Source of the DNA: an uncultured Elusimicrobia bacterium
GTDB taxonomy: Bacteria; Elusimicrobiota; Elusimicrobia; UBA1565; UBA9628
DNA length: 61,871 nucleotides
Assembly (NCBI GenBank): GCA_964358065.1
Contig: CAYHNV010000001.1
Span: forward strand, 1-61,871
Direction of reading: 5' to 3'
The notes below the pieces were generated by a model that saw only the letters and a program-made list of their open reading frames with translations, was not told the DNA's origin and did no database searches. The translations under genes were made by a program, and so were the position numbers. Positions 17,598-26,385 of the stretch are shown here, in pieces (positions within the stretch are counted from its first letter, which is position 1; each line of letters starts with the position of its first letter).

Positions 17598-20000
17598 ATG
17601 CCCCGACCGATGAGCCAAGCGCCGGAACTCTCCGTTGTCCTGCCGACCCTCGACGAGGCCCCGGGCCTGCGCGTCCTTCTGCCGCGTTTGAAGGCCCTTT
17701 TCGTGCGCCTCGGCGTGCGCGGGGAGGTTCTGGTCATCGACGGGGGCTCGCGCGACGAGACGACTGCGGTCGCCGCGGAGCACGGCGCGCGCGTGCTGCG
17801 TCAGAAGGGCCTCGGCTTCGGCTCGGCCGTGCGCGAGGGACTGCGGGCCGCCGGCGCCGAGTGGGTCGCGCTGATGGACGCGGACGGCTCCCACGCGCCC
17901 GAAGACCTCGAGCGCTTCTGGGCGCGGCGCCAGGAGGCGCGGCTGATCGTGGGCTCGCGCTACTGCCGGGGCGGCTCGGCGGACATGCCTTTGCTGCGCC
18001 AGGTCCTCAGCCGCACGCTCAATATGGTCACGCGGCGCGTGCTGGACCTGTCCGTGCGCGAGTCTTCGAGCGGCTTCCGGCTCTATCATGGGCCCTCCGC
18101 CCGGGCCGTGCCCAGCGTCGCGACGGATTTCGGGGTCCAGCAGGACCTCCTCGTCGGCATCCTCGCCGCGGGCGGACGGGTGGTCGAGGAGCCGATCCAT
18201 TACGCGCCGCGCGTGGGGGGGGGCTCGAAGGCGAACGCCTGGAAGCTGGCCCCGGCCTACATGTGTCTGCTCCTGCGTCTGAAGCCCCTGCGCGGCGGTT
18301 GGCGCGCCGAGGCGGGACTCTTCTGCGTGTTGGCCCTAGGGCTTGCCACGGGCCTGTGCGGCATCACAGGCGGCCTGCCGGGTCCGGCCCGCTGGCGGGC
18401 ACTTCCCGAGGGGCTTCATCAGTCTCCCGTCTTCGCGCGCAGCCTCGCCGACTCCTGGGGGCGTCTTTATCAGGAGATCAAAAAATCCCACAACGAGATG
18501 CGCGCCGACGAGCCTCGCACCTCGGTCCAAGGGGTCGTCGAGATCGCCCCGGGCTGGACCTTCCCTCCCGACGAGCTGGTCAATGCCGCGCGCGCCCTGC
18601 TGACACAGTCCGTGAATCCCGACGAGAAGAAGTCCTTCATCATCCTGGCGCAGATGCGGCCGTGGCGTCTGGAGTTCAAGCCCCTCTATGCCCAATACGG
18701 CGGCGCGTTCATCTATCCTCTCGGCGCCTTCCTGGGGGTGGCGCATCTGCTTCATCTGGCGCGACTGACGCCCGACCTGGCCTATTATCTGGCCGCGCCG
18801 GAGGCGATGGCCCGCCTCTACCTCCTCGGCCGCTTTTTCACGCTCTTCTTCCACCTGGGCACGCTCTGGTTGCTCTACGAGTTGGGACGCATCCTTTCCG
18901 GACGCCGGACCGGGACCGTGGCGGCCCTTCTTTGGGCCCTCGCCCCGGTCGCGATCGTCAACGTCCACGTCCTCAAGCCTCATCCTGTCGCGGCCTTCTT
19001 TTTCCTGGCCGGAGCCTTCTGCGTGGTGCGCGCGGTGGAGGAGGGGCGTTGGGTGGACTACCTCCTGGCCGGGCTCGGCATGGGGCTGGCGGCCGGCGGC
19101 AGCCTGGCCCTCGGCTACGGCCTCGCGGCACCTCTCATCGCGCGGGCGTGCCGCCGCGAGGGGCCCTGGCGAGCGCCCCTTCTCGGCACGGCCGTCGGGC
19201 TCGCGGTCGTGATCGTCACCAGTCCATTTCTCGTCTTCTCGCCTCGGGACTTCGCCTGGGAGCTCACCATCTACTCCCCGTCTCGTTTCGGCCTCTCTCT
19301 CGGGGGCTTGGCCGCCTTCATCTTCCGCGTCGTCCCGGAGGGGCTCGGGGCCGCGCTGGCCGCGCTGGCCGCGGCGGGCCTGGCGCGCGCCCTCTTCTCG
19401 GACGCGCGCCGCCGCGCAGCGGCCCTGCTCGCCCTCGGGGGGATTTTCGTCGTGCTGCTCCGCTTCCCGGAGATATCGGCCGGCACCGGTTGCCTGCGCC
19501 TGTACTACCCGGCCGCGGCCCTGGGCGTTCTCTTCGCCGCCGACCTCCTGTCCGCGCTCCACTCCCCGGCGCTGGCCGGGCTCCTGCTGGCGGGCGTCTT
19601 GGCCGACACGGGCCTGCGCGGTGCCGTCTATCTCGAGAACCTCCGCCGAGAGGCCGGGCCATCGTCGACGAAAGCCCTCGCCGCGGACTGGGTGGACGCG
19701 AACATCCAGGCCGGAGCCTCGGTCGGTCTCCTGCGTTATCCCGAACCCGCGCACACCCCGCCCTTCCGCTGGGACCGCCTGCGCCTAGTCGTCTTCGAGT
19801 CGTTCCGGGACCTAAAAGCGCGCCCCGTGCCGGAGTGGATCGTCGCCAGCGCCTCGGGTTGGGATGCCGTGGACGAGGGCCTGCGCAGCCGCTATGATGA
19901 GGCTCGGAGCTTCGCGCCGGCTCGCCTGCTGTGGGCTGCGCCGCGCGACGACTCCTTCTTTGCGGACGCCGGCATGACCGTCCAGAGGCGCCGACCATGA
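17598..20000 (+). CDS. Fusion protein: DPM1/GtrB-like GT2 polyprenyl-phosphate sugar synthase (N-terminal) plus GT-C-fold membrane glycosyltransferase (C-terminal)
   Basis: ATG 17598 (MPRPMSQAPELSVVLPTLDEAPG...). GT2 motifs are VIDGGSRDET and LMDADGSH. From about 18300 onward there are more than 10 hydrophobic segments, with an acidic first-loop motif (NPDEKKSF) and a PMT_2/ArnT-like look. The frame is uninterrupted throughout. Confidence 0.75.
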   Translation: MPRPMSQAPELSVVLPTLDEAPGLRVLLPRLKALFVRLGVRGEVLVIDGGSRDETTAVAAEHGARVLRQKGLGFGSAVREGLRAAGAEWVALMDADGSHAPEDLERFWARRQEARLIVGSRYCRGGSADMPLLRQVLSRTLNMVTRRVLDLSVRESSSGFRLYHGPSARAVPSVATDFGVQQDLLVGILAAGGRVVEEPIHYAPRVGGGSKANAWKLAPAYMCLLLRLKPLRGGWRAEAGLFCVLALGLATGLCGITGGLPGPARWRALPEGLHQSPVFARSLADSWGRLYQEIKKSHNEMRADEPRTSVQGVVEIAPGWTFPPDELVNAARALLTQSVNPDEKKSFIILAQMRPWRLEFKPLYAQYGGAFIYPLGAFLGVAHLLHLARLTPDLAYYLAAPEAMARLYLLGRFFTLFFHLGTLWLLYELGRILSGRRTGTVAALLWALAPVAIVNVHVLKPHPVAAFFFLAGAFCVVRAVEEGRWVDYLLAGLGMGLAAGGSLALGYGLAAPLIARACRREGPWRAPLLGTAVGLAVVIVTSPFLVFSPRDFAWELTIYSPSRFGLSLGGLAAFIFRVVPEGLGAALAALAAAGLARALFSDARRRAAALLALGGIFVVLLRFPEISAGTGCLRLYYPAAALGVLFAADLLSALHSPALAGLLLAGVLADTGLRGAVYLENLRREAGPSSTKALAADWVDANIQAGASVGLLRYPEPAHTPPFRWDRLRLVVFESFRDLKARPVPEWIVASASGWDAVDEGLRSRYDEARSFAPARLLWAAPRDDSFFADAGMTVQRRRP

Positions 20001-21880
20001 ACCGCCCTCTGAGCCTCGTCTCCCCGACTGAACCTTGCGTGACCCTGCGCGCGGCGGGGCCCGGCGACCTAGAACAGCTTCGTGTCTGGAAAAACGCCAA
20101 CAAGAATGGCTTCTTCTTCCAGGGAGACATCACCCCGGAGATGCAGAAGGCCTGGTATGGCTCGTACCTCCTGCGCCCCGAAGACTTCATGTTTGTCGTC
20201 GAGCATGAGGGCCGCAAGGTCGGGTGCATGGGCTTCCGGCTCCAGAAGGACGGCTCGGCCGATGTCTACAACATCATCGCCGCGCCCGGCGGCGCGGGCC
20301 GGGGGCTCATGAAGGCGGCGATGGCGCTGATGTGCGCCCACATCGCGGCGCATCACACCAAGGACATCGGCTGTCTGGTCGTGAAGGGCAACCCGGCCGC
20401 GGCTTTCTACGAGCATTGCGGCTTCAAGATCGTCGCCGACGGCGGCGACCACCACATCCTGAAGCTCGCCGAAGACCCCGTCGTCGTCCTCGGGGCGGGC
20501 TGCGCGGGCCTCATGGCCGCGCGCCGCCTGCGCGAGAAGGGACGGCCGGTCCTGCTTGTGGAGGCCGAGGACCATGTCGGGGGTCTGGCCGGGGGCATCG
20601 TGCTCGGAGGCGACGTCTACGAGTACGGTCCCCACGTCTTCCACACCACCGACGCCGAGATCCTCGCCGACATCAAGACCCTCATGGGGAAAGACCTTCT
20701 TCCATATGAACGGACGATCCAAATCAAGTTCCTGGGCAACTACTTCAAGTTTCCGCTCTCTATCCCCGACGTCCTGCTCAAGCTCCCGTTGACGACGGTC
20801 CTCCTCGCGGCGGGGAGCTTCGTCTATCACTTCGTCAAGGGCGCCTGGGCCAAGCCCGTGCAGGAGAACTCCGAGACCCTCCTCCAGCGCTACTACGGCG
20901 ACGTGCTCTACCGACTTTTTTTCAAGGACTACATCCAACGCGTTTGGGGCATTCCCCCTTCGGCCTTCTCCCCGTCATTCGCGCGCGAACGCATCCCGCG
21001 CCTGAACATTCTGGACTTTCTCGATAAGGTCGTTGCGGCGGCGCGCGATGTTTTCTCCTCCGGCGCGGTCATGAAGACGGAGGGCTACGTCGAGAAGTTG
21101 GAGGGGCAGCTCTGGACCACGAAGAAGGGCTTCTCCATGATCTGCGAGCGCATGGCCGCCGACGCCTTGAAGAAAGGCGCCCGGCTGCGTCTCTCCACCC
21201 GCGCCGTCGCGGTGCGCCGCGAAGGCGGGAAGGTCACGGCCGTCGAACTGGAGTATGGAGGCAAGAGAGAGATCGTGCCTTGCTCCGGGATCGTGAACAC
21301 GCTGGCCATCAACGACGCGGCGCGGATGTTCACGCCGCCCTTGGGGGACGCGGCGGCGGCGGCGGCCGAGGCGCTCCGCTTTCGGGCCATCGTCTTTGTC
21401 GGGCTCAAAGTCCGTCGGCCGAAGGTCCTGCGCGCCTCCTTCATGTACTTCCGCGAGCATTCCTTCAACCGCATCACGGACCTCGCGCACTTCGGCTTCC
21501 ACATGGACCCGCCCGGGACCACGCTGTTGGTGGCGGAGGTCGCCTGCGACACGAAGGACCCCATCTGGATGGACGAGGCCCTGGCGGTGGAGGCCGTGGT
21601 CGCCGACCTTGTCCGTGAGGGCATCCTCGCCCGCGCGGAGGTGGCCTCCTCGCATGTCTTCCGCGCCCGCCACGCCCACCCCATGTACACCCTGGGCTAC
21701 GAAGCGGCGCTCAAGACGCTTCTTGACGCCTTCGCGGGCCTGTCGAACGCCGAGACCGCGGGCCGCCAGGGGCGCTTCCAGTACGTGAACACGCACGTGG
21801 CCATGAAGATGGGCCTGGACGCCGCCGACCGCCTGGACGCGAAGCTTCCCCGCATGGACAATAACGGGGAAATGCGCTAG
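19997..21880 (+). CDS. Fusion protein: GNAT N-acetyltransferase (N-terminal) plus FAD/NAD(P)-binding oxidoreductase of the UGM/amine-oxidase type (C-terminal)
   Basis: The ATG at 19997 overlaps the upstream stop (ATGA). GNAT motifs are VVEHEGRKVGCMGF and GGAGRGLMKAAM...FYEHCGFKIV. The dinucleotide motif VVVLGAGCAGLMAARRL follows, then FFKDYIQRVWG (compare FxxYxxKxWG in UDP-galactopyranose mutases). Confidence 0.7.
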   Translation: MNRPLSLVSPTEPCVTLRAAGPGDLEQLRVWKNANKNGFFFQGDITPEMQKAWYGSYLLRPEDFMFVVEHEGRKVGCMGFRLQKDGSADVYNIIAAPGGAGRGLMKAAMALMCAHIAAHHTKDIGCLVVKGNPAAAFYEHCGFKIVADGGDHHILKLAEDPVVVLGAGCAGLMAARRLREKGRPVLLVEAEDHVGGLAGGIVLGGDVYEYGPHVFHTTDAEILADIKTLMGKDLLPYERTIQIKFLGNYFKFPLSIPDVLLKLPLTTVLLAAGSFVYHFVKGAWAKPVQENSETLLQRYYGDVLYRLFFKDYIQRVWGIPPSAFSPSFARERIPRLNILDFLDKVVAAARDVFSSGAVMKTEGYVEKLEGQLWTTKKGFSMICERMAADALKKGARLRLSTRAVAVRREGGKVTAVELEYGGKREIVPCSGIVNTLAINDAARMFTPPLGDAAAAAAEALRFRAIVFVGLKVRRPKVLRASFMYFREHSFNRITDLAHFGFHMDPPGTTLLVAEVACDTKDPIWMDEALAVEAVVADLVREGILARAEVASSHVFRARHAHPMYTLGYEAALKTLLDAFAGLSNAETAGRQGRFQYVNTHVAMKMGLDAADRLDAKLPRMDNNGEMR

Positions 21881-21891
21881 CCTATCGCCGG

Positions 21892-22995
21892 ATGATCAAC
21901 GTTTTCGGCTCTCTGATGGGCCCGGAGGAGCTCGAGGAGGTCCGCACCAGTCTTGAGGCCCAGTGGATCGGCATCGGACCCAAGACCGCCGCTTTCGAGC
22001 AGGGTTTCGCGCAGCGCCTGGGGCTTCCCGGCTTCGTCCTGCTTGATTCCGGCTCCAACGCCCTGCACCTGGCGGTCAAGCTCCTCGACCTGCCTCCGGG
22101 CTCGGACATCCTGGTCCCCTCCTTCACCTGGATCGCCTGCGCGCATGCGGTCGTCCTGTCCGGCCATCGTCCCGTCTTCGCGGACGTGGACCTCGACACA
22201 CACAACATCACGCTGAAGACGGCCTCGGCGGCGCTCACGCCCAAGACCAAGGCCGTCATGGTCGTCCACTACGGGGGCCTGCCGGTCCGCGTCGATGAGA
22301 TCAAAACCTTGGGCCTGCCGATCATCGAGGACGCCGCCCATGCCGTGGATTCCCGTCTCAAGGACGCGGCCTGCGGCGGCATGGGTGAGGTCGGCATCTT
22401 CAGTTTCGACGCGATCAAGAACCTCGCGATGGGCGAGGGGGGCGGACTGACCGCCAAGGACCCCCAGCGCCTGGCGCGCGCGCGGCAGCTGCGCTACTGC
22501 GGCATCGGCAAGTCCGGCTTCGAGGCTTCGGCGTCGAAGGATCGCTGGTGGGAATACAACGTCACCGACTTCTTCCCGAAGATGCTGCCCAGCGACATCG
22601 CGGCCTCCATCGGCTTGGCCCAGCTGCGCAAGTTGGGCGCCATGCAGGCTTACCGCCGGAAGATATGGGAGCTCTACCAGAAAGAGTTCGCCTCCCTCGG
22701 CTGGCTCGCGCGGCCCCAGGACGCTCCGGCCGACGCCACTCATTCTTTTTTCACCTACTGCGTGCGGGTTCCGGCGGGCCGGCGAGACGCCTTCGCAAAA
22801 TACCTCTACCAGAACGGGATTTACACCACCTTGCGCTACCACCCGCTGCACATGAACAAGATATACGGCTCCTCAGCCCGGTTGCCGGTCTGTGAGCGCT
22901 TGAACGAGGAAGCCTTGAGCCTGCCTCTCCATCCGGGCCTCAAGGACGGCGATGTCGCCAAGATCGTGGACATGGTCAAGGCTTGGAAGGGATGA
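21892..22995 (+). CDS. DegT/DnrJ/EryC1/StrS-family PLP-dependent sugar aminotransferase
   Basis: Motifs: FEQGFAQRLG, DSGSNALHLA, PIIEDAAHAV and FSFDAIKNL (the PLP lysine). Confidence 0.88.
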   Translation: MINVFGSLMGPEELEEVRTSLEAQWIGIGPKTAAFEQGFAQRLGLPGFVLLDSGSNALHLAVKLLDLPPGSDILVPSFTWIACAHAVVLSGHRPVFADVDLDTHNITLKTASAALTPKTKAVMVVHYGGLPVRVDEIKTLGLPIIEDAAHAVDSRLKDAACGGMGEVGIFSFDAIKNLAMGEGGGLTAKDPQRLARARQLRYCGIGKSGFEASASKDRWWEYNVTDFFPKMLPSDIAASIGLAQLRKLGAMQAYRRKIWELYQKEFASLGWLARPQDAPADATHSFFTYCVRVPAGRRDAFAKYLYQNGIYTTLRYHPLHMNKIYGSSARLPVCERLNEEALSLPLHPGLKDGDVAKIVDMVKAWKG

Positions 22996-23015
22996 ACCTG
23001 TCAAGGAGTCGATCA

Positions 23016-23474
23016 ATGGGAAAGAAGATGTTTGTCGGCGGCTTGCCTTACGAAGTGACGGAGAGTCAATTGAGCGAGATGTTCTCCGCCTGCGGGCAGG
23101 TCGTGAGCGCGAAAGTGATCAAGGACCGCGACACCGGCCTCTCCAAGGGCTTCGGCTTCGTGGAGATGGGCAGTGACGCCGAGGCGGCGGCCGCGATTAT
23201 GAAGCTCCATAACAGTCCCGTGGGAGCGCGGCGCATCATCGTCAACGAAGCCCGTCCCATGGAGGCGCGCCCGAGCGGCGGTTTCGGCGAAAAGAAGAGC
23301 TTCGCCGGGCGGCCCGGGGGTTTTGCTCCCCGTCCCGGCGACGACAAGCCCGGAGGCCGCGGCGACCGCGGCGACCGCGGCGGCAAACGGGGCGGCTTCG
23401 ATGGCAAGCGCGGCGGCTTTGGCGGCAAGAAGGGCGGCAAGGGCCGCCGGGATGAGAGCGGCGACTCTTGGTGA
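23016..23474 (+). CDS. RRM-type RNA-binding protein with RGG/Gly-rich C-terminal tail
   Basis: AAGGAG at 23003-23008 lies 7 nt upstream of ATG 23016. MFVGGLPY is RNP-2 and KGFGFVEM is RNP-1. The tail reads GGRGDRGDRGGKRGGFDGKRGGFGGKKGGKG. Confidence 0.85.
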   Translation: MGKKMFVGGLPYEVTESQLSEMFSACGQVVSAKVIKDRDTGLSKGFGFVEMGSDAEAAAAIMKLHNSPVGARRIIVNEARPMEARPSGGFGEKKSFAGRPGGFAPRPGDDKPGGRGDRGDRGGKRGGFDGKRGGFGGKKGGKGRRDESGDSW

Positions 23475-23480
23475 GTTTGC

Positions 23481-24635
23481 TTATTTGACGCGGTGGTAGA
23501 AGAGGCCGAGGGCGAAGGAGACGAACACGCACTGGACTCCGGTCAGTACCGCGGCGATGGCGAGGATGGCCGCATCCAAGCGGAGCGTGTCGGGACCGCG
23601 AGGAAGGCGGTGGCCGTAGTATGAGATCGGCAGGTAGAAGAGGACGGCGCCGCCGAGCAGCGCCAACGCGCAGCCCAGGATGAGCCCTTTCTCCAGGCTG
23701 AAGGTCCGGTGCAGGAAGGCGCGGAGATGGCTGCGCGCGTCGTAGCGCTCCTGGTAGTCTGCTTCCTGGGCCACCACTCCAAGACCCAGGATGCTCGTGC
23801 CCATGAGCCAGAAGAGGAGCGCGGTCAGCATGTGCCGTGAGGTCAGCCAACCGAGCGCGTTCGGGGCCGCCCAATCGCGCGCCGTCAGTCCCAGCAGCAG
23901 CAGTCCGCCCACGGCCGAGCAGAAGACACCAGGGAAGAAGAACGTTCCCATGGGCGAGAAGAGGAGTATAAAGCGCAGATGACGCCAGCCGTCGCGCCAG
24001 GTGCGCAGATGCGGGGGCCGGTCGCGCAGATCCTTATAAAGATTGCAGGGGACCTCGGCGATCTTGAGGCTGATGAGAGAGGCTTTCACCAGCATCTCGG
24101 TGGCGAACTCCATGCCGTCGGCCTTCAGGCCCATGCGTTCGAAAGCATCGCGGCGCAGCGCGCGCATGCCGCAGTTGGTATCGCCCAGGCCCGCGCCGAA
24201 GAGCAGGTTCATGACGGCGGTCAGGACCGGGGTGCCCAGGTAGCGGTGCAGGAAGGGCATGGCCCCCGGGGCGATCACGCCCTGGAAGCGGTTGCCGACC
24301 ACGAGGTCGAAGCCCGCGCGCAGTTTCTCCACGTAAGCGCCGCATTCCTCGAAATCGTAGGAGCCGTCCGCATCCGCCATCAAAAGGAAGCGACCGCGCG
24401 CGGCGGAAAAACCGCCGCGCAGGGCCCGGCCGTAACCTCGGCCCTCGACCGGCACGACCCGGGCGCCCAGGGACTCGGAGATCTCCCGCGTCCGGTCGGT
24501 CGAGCCGTTGTCGGCGACCACGACTTCGCCGGGGACGGCGAGCGATGAGATCGCCTTGAGCGCCTTCTTGACGCAATGGGAGATCGTCTTCTCTTCATCG
24601 AGCGCGGGGATCACGATGGACAGCTCGATTTCCAT
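23481..24635 (-). CDS. DPM1/GtrB-like GT2 polyprenyl-phosphate sugar synthase with C-terminal TM helices
   Basis: Internal ATG 24635 (MEIELSIVIPALDEE). Motifs are VADNGSTDRT and LMADADGSYD, followed by about 4 C-terminal TM segments. It is a clear paralog of the N-domain of 17598-20000. Confidence 0.85.
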   Translation of the reverse strand: MEIELSIVIPALDEEKTISHCVKKALKAISSLAVPGEVVVADNGSTDRTREISESLGARVVPVEGRGYGRALRGGFSAARGRFLLMADADGSYDFEECGAYVEKLRAGFDLVVGNRFQGVIAPGAMPFLHRYLGTPVLTAVMNLLFGAGLGDTNCGMRALRRDAFERMGLKADGMEFATEMLVKASLISLKIAEVPCNLYKDLRDRPPHLRTWRDGWRHLRFILLFSPMGTFFFPGVFCSAVGGLLLLGLTARDWAAPNALGWLTSRHMLTALLFWLMGTSILGLGVVAQEADYQERYDARSHLRAFLHRTFSLEKGLILGCALALLGGAVLFYLPISYYGHRLPRGPDTLRLDAAILAIAAVLTGVQCVFVSFALGLFYHRVK

Positions 24636-24696
24636 AAGAATGAGGTTTCTCCGGTGGGCCGTGGAACGAATGCACTTTAGTATACTGGGGCCCAGA

Positions 24697-26385
24697 ATGA
24701 AATTCAAGCGCGCTTTTGTCGCCGGGTTGAAGCGCCATCGCGCCTTCCTGACGGTCGTTCCCCCGGCGGCGCTGCTGCGGCTGGTGGGGATCGGCTACGG
24801 TCTGCCGGCGGTGTTCAACGGCGACGAACCCCATCACGTCAACGTGGCCATGTCCTTCGGCCGCGGCAGCCTCAACCCAGGGATATTCAAATATCCGACG
24901 CTGTGGATGTACGTCCTGTTCGCGGCCTATGCGGGCGGGTTTATCCTGTGGTCGGGAGCGGGGTTGCTGGGATCCGCGCAGGAATTCGGGGAGCTGTTCG
25001 TCTGGCGCCACTCGGGTTTCTACCTTGCCGGCCGCCTGCTTTCGACCGCGTTCTCCCTGGGGGGATTATGGTGGGTCTATCGCGCGGCCGGCCTGGCGGG
25101 GGGCCGCCCGTCGGGAGTGTTGGCCGCCGCTCTTCTCGCCGTCTCCGCCCCGATGATCGAGTCGGCTCATTCGGTCAAGCCGGACTGTCTGATGTTCTTC
25201 TTCGCCGCCTGGTCCTGGTGGCAGGCGATGGCGTACTTGGAACTCGGCGGCTGCCGTCGACTGCTGCTGTGCGCGGCGGCGGTGGGGCTGTCCGTATCGA
25301 GCCAGTACACGGCGGCGCCGCTGGCCGTTCTAGTCCCGGTGGTCTGGCTGGCGCGCCGCCGCCTGCGTCCCGGCCGGGCCGATGGAGCGGGAGTTCTGGC
25401 GGCGGCTCTGGCGGTCGTGGGACTGCTCTTCTTGGCGGGGACTCCATTCGCCCTGCTGGACGCGCCGACTTTCGCTCGGGATGTGCGAGACAGTTGGGCC
25501 GCGCACGGTGCGGGCCAAGCCATGACGGCGGGCTGGCGTCCGTTGTTCAATCTGATGGGATTCTCCGCGTCTTGGCCGCTGGGGGCCGTCGTGCTGTCGG
25601 CGGGGATCGTCCGGCTTGGGCGGCGCAGTCCGGCGCACGCCTTGTGCCTGTTGCTGCCTTGCGCGGCGACCGTCCTCTTCTTCTCCCGTCAGGCCGTCGG
25701 GGGCAACGCCCGGTATCTGTACAGCGTATTTCCCGCCGTCGCGATCCTTTCCGCGTTGGGGGTTCGGACGTTGGTCGGACGTGGAGGAGTCTTCCCGGTG
25801 GGCATTCGGCTGAGGTGGGTGGTCTTCCTTCTGCTGTTGTTGCCGGGAGCCCGGGCGAGTTGGAGCTTCGACCGGGAACTCCTTCTTCCCGACACGCGTA
25901 CGTTGGCATCCCTATGGGTTGGTGAGAACCTGCCGGCCGGCACGAGGATCCTCTCCGATCATGAGGCGGACGCGCCGCGCATCGCGATGAGCCGCGATTT
26001 CGCGCTTCACCTTTATGAACTGATGAAGGCCTCCGGTCATCCGCGCCGGCGGTACTATCAGTTGATGGCCTCCGGCCATCCGGGCGGCGGCTATGAGGTC
26101 TATCAGGTCCATCGGGCGGCGGCGGAGCTGTTAAGCGGGCCCTGGCACGCGCAGTGGTCCGCGGCCGGGCGACCGGTGATGGATGTCCGGGAGGGACTCG
26201 ACGTCGCTCGGAAGGCCGGCGTCGAGGTGGTGATCCTGACCAGCTTCGGCTTGGCCAGGAACGAGAGCGAGCCTTACGTGCTTCAGACCCGCTCACAGGG
26301 GCGTCTGCTGTCCGAGTTCCGGCCCGAGACGGGGAAGATCCGTGGTCCCCATATCGAGATCTACCGCGTCGGGTCGGAGAGATGA
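24697..26385 (+). CDS. GT-C-fold membrane glycosyltransferase (ArnT/PMT_2-like)
   Basis: ATG 24697 (MKFKRAFVAGL...), with an alternative ATG at 24670. It has the first-loop motif VFNGDEPHHVN, more than 10 TM segments, and a soluble C-terminal domain. It is divergent from the GT2 at 23481-24635. Confidence 0.75.
   Translation: MKFKRAFVAGLKRHRAFLTVVPPAALLRLVGIGYGLPAVFNGDEPHHVNVAMSFGRGSLNPGIFKYPTLWMYVLFAAYAGGFILWSGAGLLGSAQEFGELFVWRHSGFYLAGRLLSTAFSLGGLWWVYRAAGLAGGRPSGVLAAALLAVSAPMIESAHSVKPDCLMFFFAAWSWWQAMAYLELGGCRRLLLCAAAVGLSVSSQYTAAPLAVLVPVVWLARRRLRPGRADGAGVLAAALAVVGLLFLAGTPFALLDAPTFARDVRDSWAAHGAGQAMTAGWRPLFNLMGFSASWPLGAVVLSAGIVRLGRRSPAHALCLLLPCAATVLFFSRQAVGGNARYLYSVFPAVAILSALGVRTLVGRGGVFPVGIRLRWVVFLLLLLPGARASWSFDRELLLPDTRTLASLWVGENLPAGTRILSDHEADAPRIAMSRDFALHLYELMKASGHPRRRYYQLMASGHPGGGYEVYQVHRAAAELLSGPWHAQWSAAGRPVMDVREGLDVARKAGVEVVILTSFGLARNESEPYVLQTRSQGRLLSEFRPETGKIRGPHIEIYRVGSER

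Noticed and set aside
18336-19754. 472-aa antisense ORF opposite the GT-C domain
   Set aside because: It is a low-complexity R/G/E/A-rich antisense ORF typical of high-GC genes, and it has no motifs.
17360-19897. 845-aa plus-strand ORF, extremely Arg/Gly/Pro/Ala-rich, overlapping the GT2::GT-C gene in another frame
   Set aside because: It has no recognisable motifs, and its composition is what an off-frame reading of high-GC coding DNA produces. The overlapping frame (17598-20000) has clear GT2 motifs and TM segments.
23290-23465. GGC/CGC-rich quasi-tandem repeats (ggcgaccgcggcgaccgcggcggc...)
   Set aside because: These encode the RGG/Gly-rich tail of the RRM protein. They are coding low complexity, not a non-coding repeat element or a CRISPR array.
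24655-24696. TATACT hexamer (24681-24686) upstream of the GT-C gene, as a promoter
   Set aside because: No acceptable -35 element occurs at 16-18 nt spacing, and there is no extended -10. I mention it only as part of the leaderless pattern and do not list it as a feature.
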